From Chiloscyllium plagiosum (taxonomy: Eukaryota), in NCBI RefSeq assembly GCF_004010195.1, contig NC_057753.1, positions 12,576,415 through 12,640,414 of the forward strand: a stretch of 64,000 bases of DNA. The letters run 5' to 3'. The position numbers and the translations under genes were made by a program. Of the stretch, positions 61,544-64,000 are shown piece after piece. Under the pieces are notes generated by a model. It made no database searches. It was not told the origin of the DNA and saw nothing but the letters and a program-made list of their open reading frames with translations. Numbering within the stretch: position 1 is the stretch's first letter; each line of letters opens with the position of its first letter.

Positions 61544-63765
61544 TTAGTTTTAAATTAGTGATGTAAAAAGACAGACTGGATCTAAAAGTTGAGTCTCGAC
61601 ATTGGAATGAGGCAAGAACATTCAAAAGCTAACTTGGGGCAGATGTTCACTGATAAAGGGACGGTTGAAAAATGGAAAGCCTTCAAAAATGAGATAACGA
61701 GAGTCCAATAAAGGTATATTCCTCTTAAGGTGAAAGGAAAGGATGTTAGGTATAGGGAATGCAGAGTGACTAAAGAAGTAAAGGGTTGGTTAAGAAAAAA
61801 AAGGAAGCGTATGTCATGTACAGGTAAGACAGATCGAGCGAATCCTTAGAGAATAAAGGCAGTAGGAGTATACTTAAGACAGAAATCAGGAGAGCAAAAA
61901 GGGGACATGAGATACCTTTTGCAAATACAGTTAAGGAGAATCCAAAGGATTTTTACAGATACATTAAGGACAAAAGAACAACAAGGGAGAGAATAGTATC
62001 CCTCAAAGATCAGGAAGGTGGCAATTGTGTGGAGCCGCAGGAGATGGAGGAGACACGAAACGAGTATTTTGCACCGTTATTTACTGTGGAAAAAGACATG
62101 GAATATATAGAATGTCGTGAAGTAGATGGTGACGTCTTGAAAAATGTCCATATTACAAAGAAGGAAATGTTGGCTGTCTGAAACGCATAAAAGTGGATAC
62201 ATCTCCTGGACCTTATCAGGTGTACCCTAGAACTCGGTGGGAAGTTAGGGAAGTGATTAATGGGCCTCTTACTGAGATATTTGTATCATCAATAGTGACA
62301 GATGGAGATGCCAGAAGATTATAGGTTGGCTAACGTGGTACCACTGTTTAATAAAGATGGTAAGGACAAACCCAGGAACAATGGAACAGTGAGCTTGACA
62401 TCGGTGCTGGGCAAGTTACTGGAGGGAATCCTGATGCCCATAATGTACATGTATTTGTAAAGGCAAGGACTGATTTGCGATAGTTAACATTGCGTTGTGC
62501 GTGGAAACTCATGTCTCATAAACTTGATTGAGCTTTCTTTGAAGAAAGAACGAAGAGGGTTGATGAGGCCAGAGCGGTAGTTGTGACCTATATGGACTTC
62601 GGTAAAGCGATCGTCAAGGTTCCTCATGGGAGCCTGGTTAGCAAGATTAGATCTCATCGGACACAACGTAGAACTACCGATTTGGATACAGTACTGGCTC
62701 AAAGGTAGAAGACAGACGGTGGTGGTCAAGGGTTGTTTTTCACACTGGAGGCCTATGACCAGTGGAGTGCCACAAGGATCAGTAATGGGTCCACTACCTT
62801 TCATTATTTATCGAAATGATTTGAGTGTAAAAATGACAGGTATAGTTAGGAAGATTCCAGATCACACCAACATTGAAGGTGCAGTGGACAACGAAAACAG
62901 TTACCTCAGATTACAATAGTATCTTGTTCAGATGGGCCAATAGGCTGAGAAGTAGCAGATGGAGTTTTATTTAGGTAAATGTGAAGTCTGCTTTTTGGGA
63001 AAGCAAATCTTATCAGGACTTCAACATTTAATAGTAAGCTTCTAGGAAGTTTGCTGAAAAAAAAACCTTGTAGTGCAAGTTTATAGCTCCTTGAAAGTGA
63101 GTTGCAGGTAGATAGGAGAGTTTCGAAGGCGTTTAGTGTGTTTTCTTTTATTGGTCAGGAGTGTAGAAGTTGGGAAGTCTTGTTGCGGCTATACGCTACA
63201 TTGGTTAGGCTACTGATGGGATATTGCGTGCAATTCTGTTCTTCTTATCGGAAAGGTGTTGTAAAACTTGAAAGGGTTCAGAAAGATTTACAAGGATGTT
63301 GCCAGGGTTGGAGGATTTGAGCCACAGGGAGAAGTTGAATAGGCGAGGACTGTTTTCCCTGGATCATCGGAGGCTGAGCGGCAACCTTATAGAGGTTTTT
63401 AAAGTCATGAGGGGCATGGATAGGATAAATAGACAAAGTCTTTTCCCTGGGGTGGGGGAGTCCAAACAAGACGGCATAGGTTTAGGGTGAGAAGGGAAAG
63501 ATAAAGAAGAGACCTAAGGGGCAACTTTTTCATGCAGAGTGTGGTATAGGTATGGATTGAGCTGCCAGAGGAAGTGGTAAAGGCCTGTGCAATTGCTATG
63601 TTTAAAAGTCATCGAGATGGGTATATGAATAGGAAAAGTTTAGAGCGATATAGGCAGGTGCTGGCAGGTGGGACTAGATTCGGTTGGGATATATGGTGGG
63701 CATGGACGAGTTCGACTCAAGGGTCTGTTTCCGTGCTGTATGTCTCTATGACTCTGTGACTCTAC
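61544..63765 (+). mobile_element. CR1 LINE ORF2 and 3' UTR, same subfamily as 44815-48612
   Basis: WRPMTSGVPQGSVMGPL, LVRLLMGYCVQF, LERVQK, and a TCTATGACTCTGTGACTCT tail. Confidence 0.9.
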
Positions 63766-64000
63766 AAGTAAAATAACTTCTGCAAATGCTTATGATTTAA
63801 AAATTTTGCTTGATTTTTACTGTTTCATCCAAAGTGCACAATTTCACATTTATCTCACATTACGCTCTGATTATCAGTTTTCTCTGCTCACTTGACTTTT
63901 TTTTAAGAATCAGCTTACGTACTCTTGAATCATATGTTCAAATCTATTTCTGAGACGTATCATGTTTGATAATGATACCTTCTTACCGTTATCCATGGTA

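Noticed and set aside
60903..61625. Long ORFs of 179-240 aa
   Set aside because: Artefacts of translating through the N gap.
1..64000. CRISPR arrays, operons or other prokaryotic systems
   Set aside because: The sequence is vertebrate, with spliceosomal introns and LINEs/SINEs; no regularly spaced repeat-spacer array was seen.

Overview
AT-rich, repeat-dense vertebrate genomic DNA, very likely from a shark or ray. This is inferred from HE1-type V-SINEs, abundant CR1 LINEs and Penelope-like elements; there is one 500-N assembly gap. The window holds a tandem cluster of five GPR139/GPR142-like class A GPCR loci. Two are intact two-exon genes on the minus strand: gene A (6464-4304, 326 aa) and gene B (23326-20747, 323 aa). 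Two are old minus-strand pseudogenes, C and D. One is a recently disabled plus-strand gene, E (48859-56146). A, B and E share an exactly 70-nt first coding exon (M-H...G-V-P), a phase-1 intron in TM1 and an upstream TATA-like box. Between B and C lies a decayed endogenous retrovirus (pol and env, minus strand, about 28.7-33.85 kb) that looks spuma/loki-like rather than gamma/beta-like. The rest is mostly CR1 LINEs, HE1 SINEs and Penelope-like elements, several forming fold-back inverted repeats with hammerhead-ribozyme-like cores. Repeat boundaries are approximate and were read by eye; no database searches were run.
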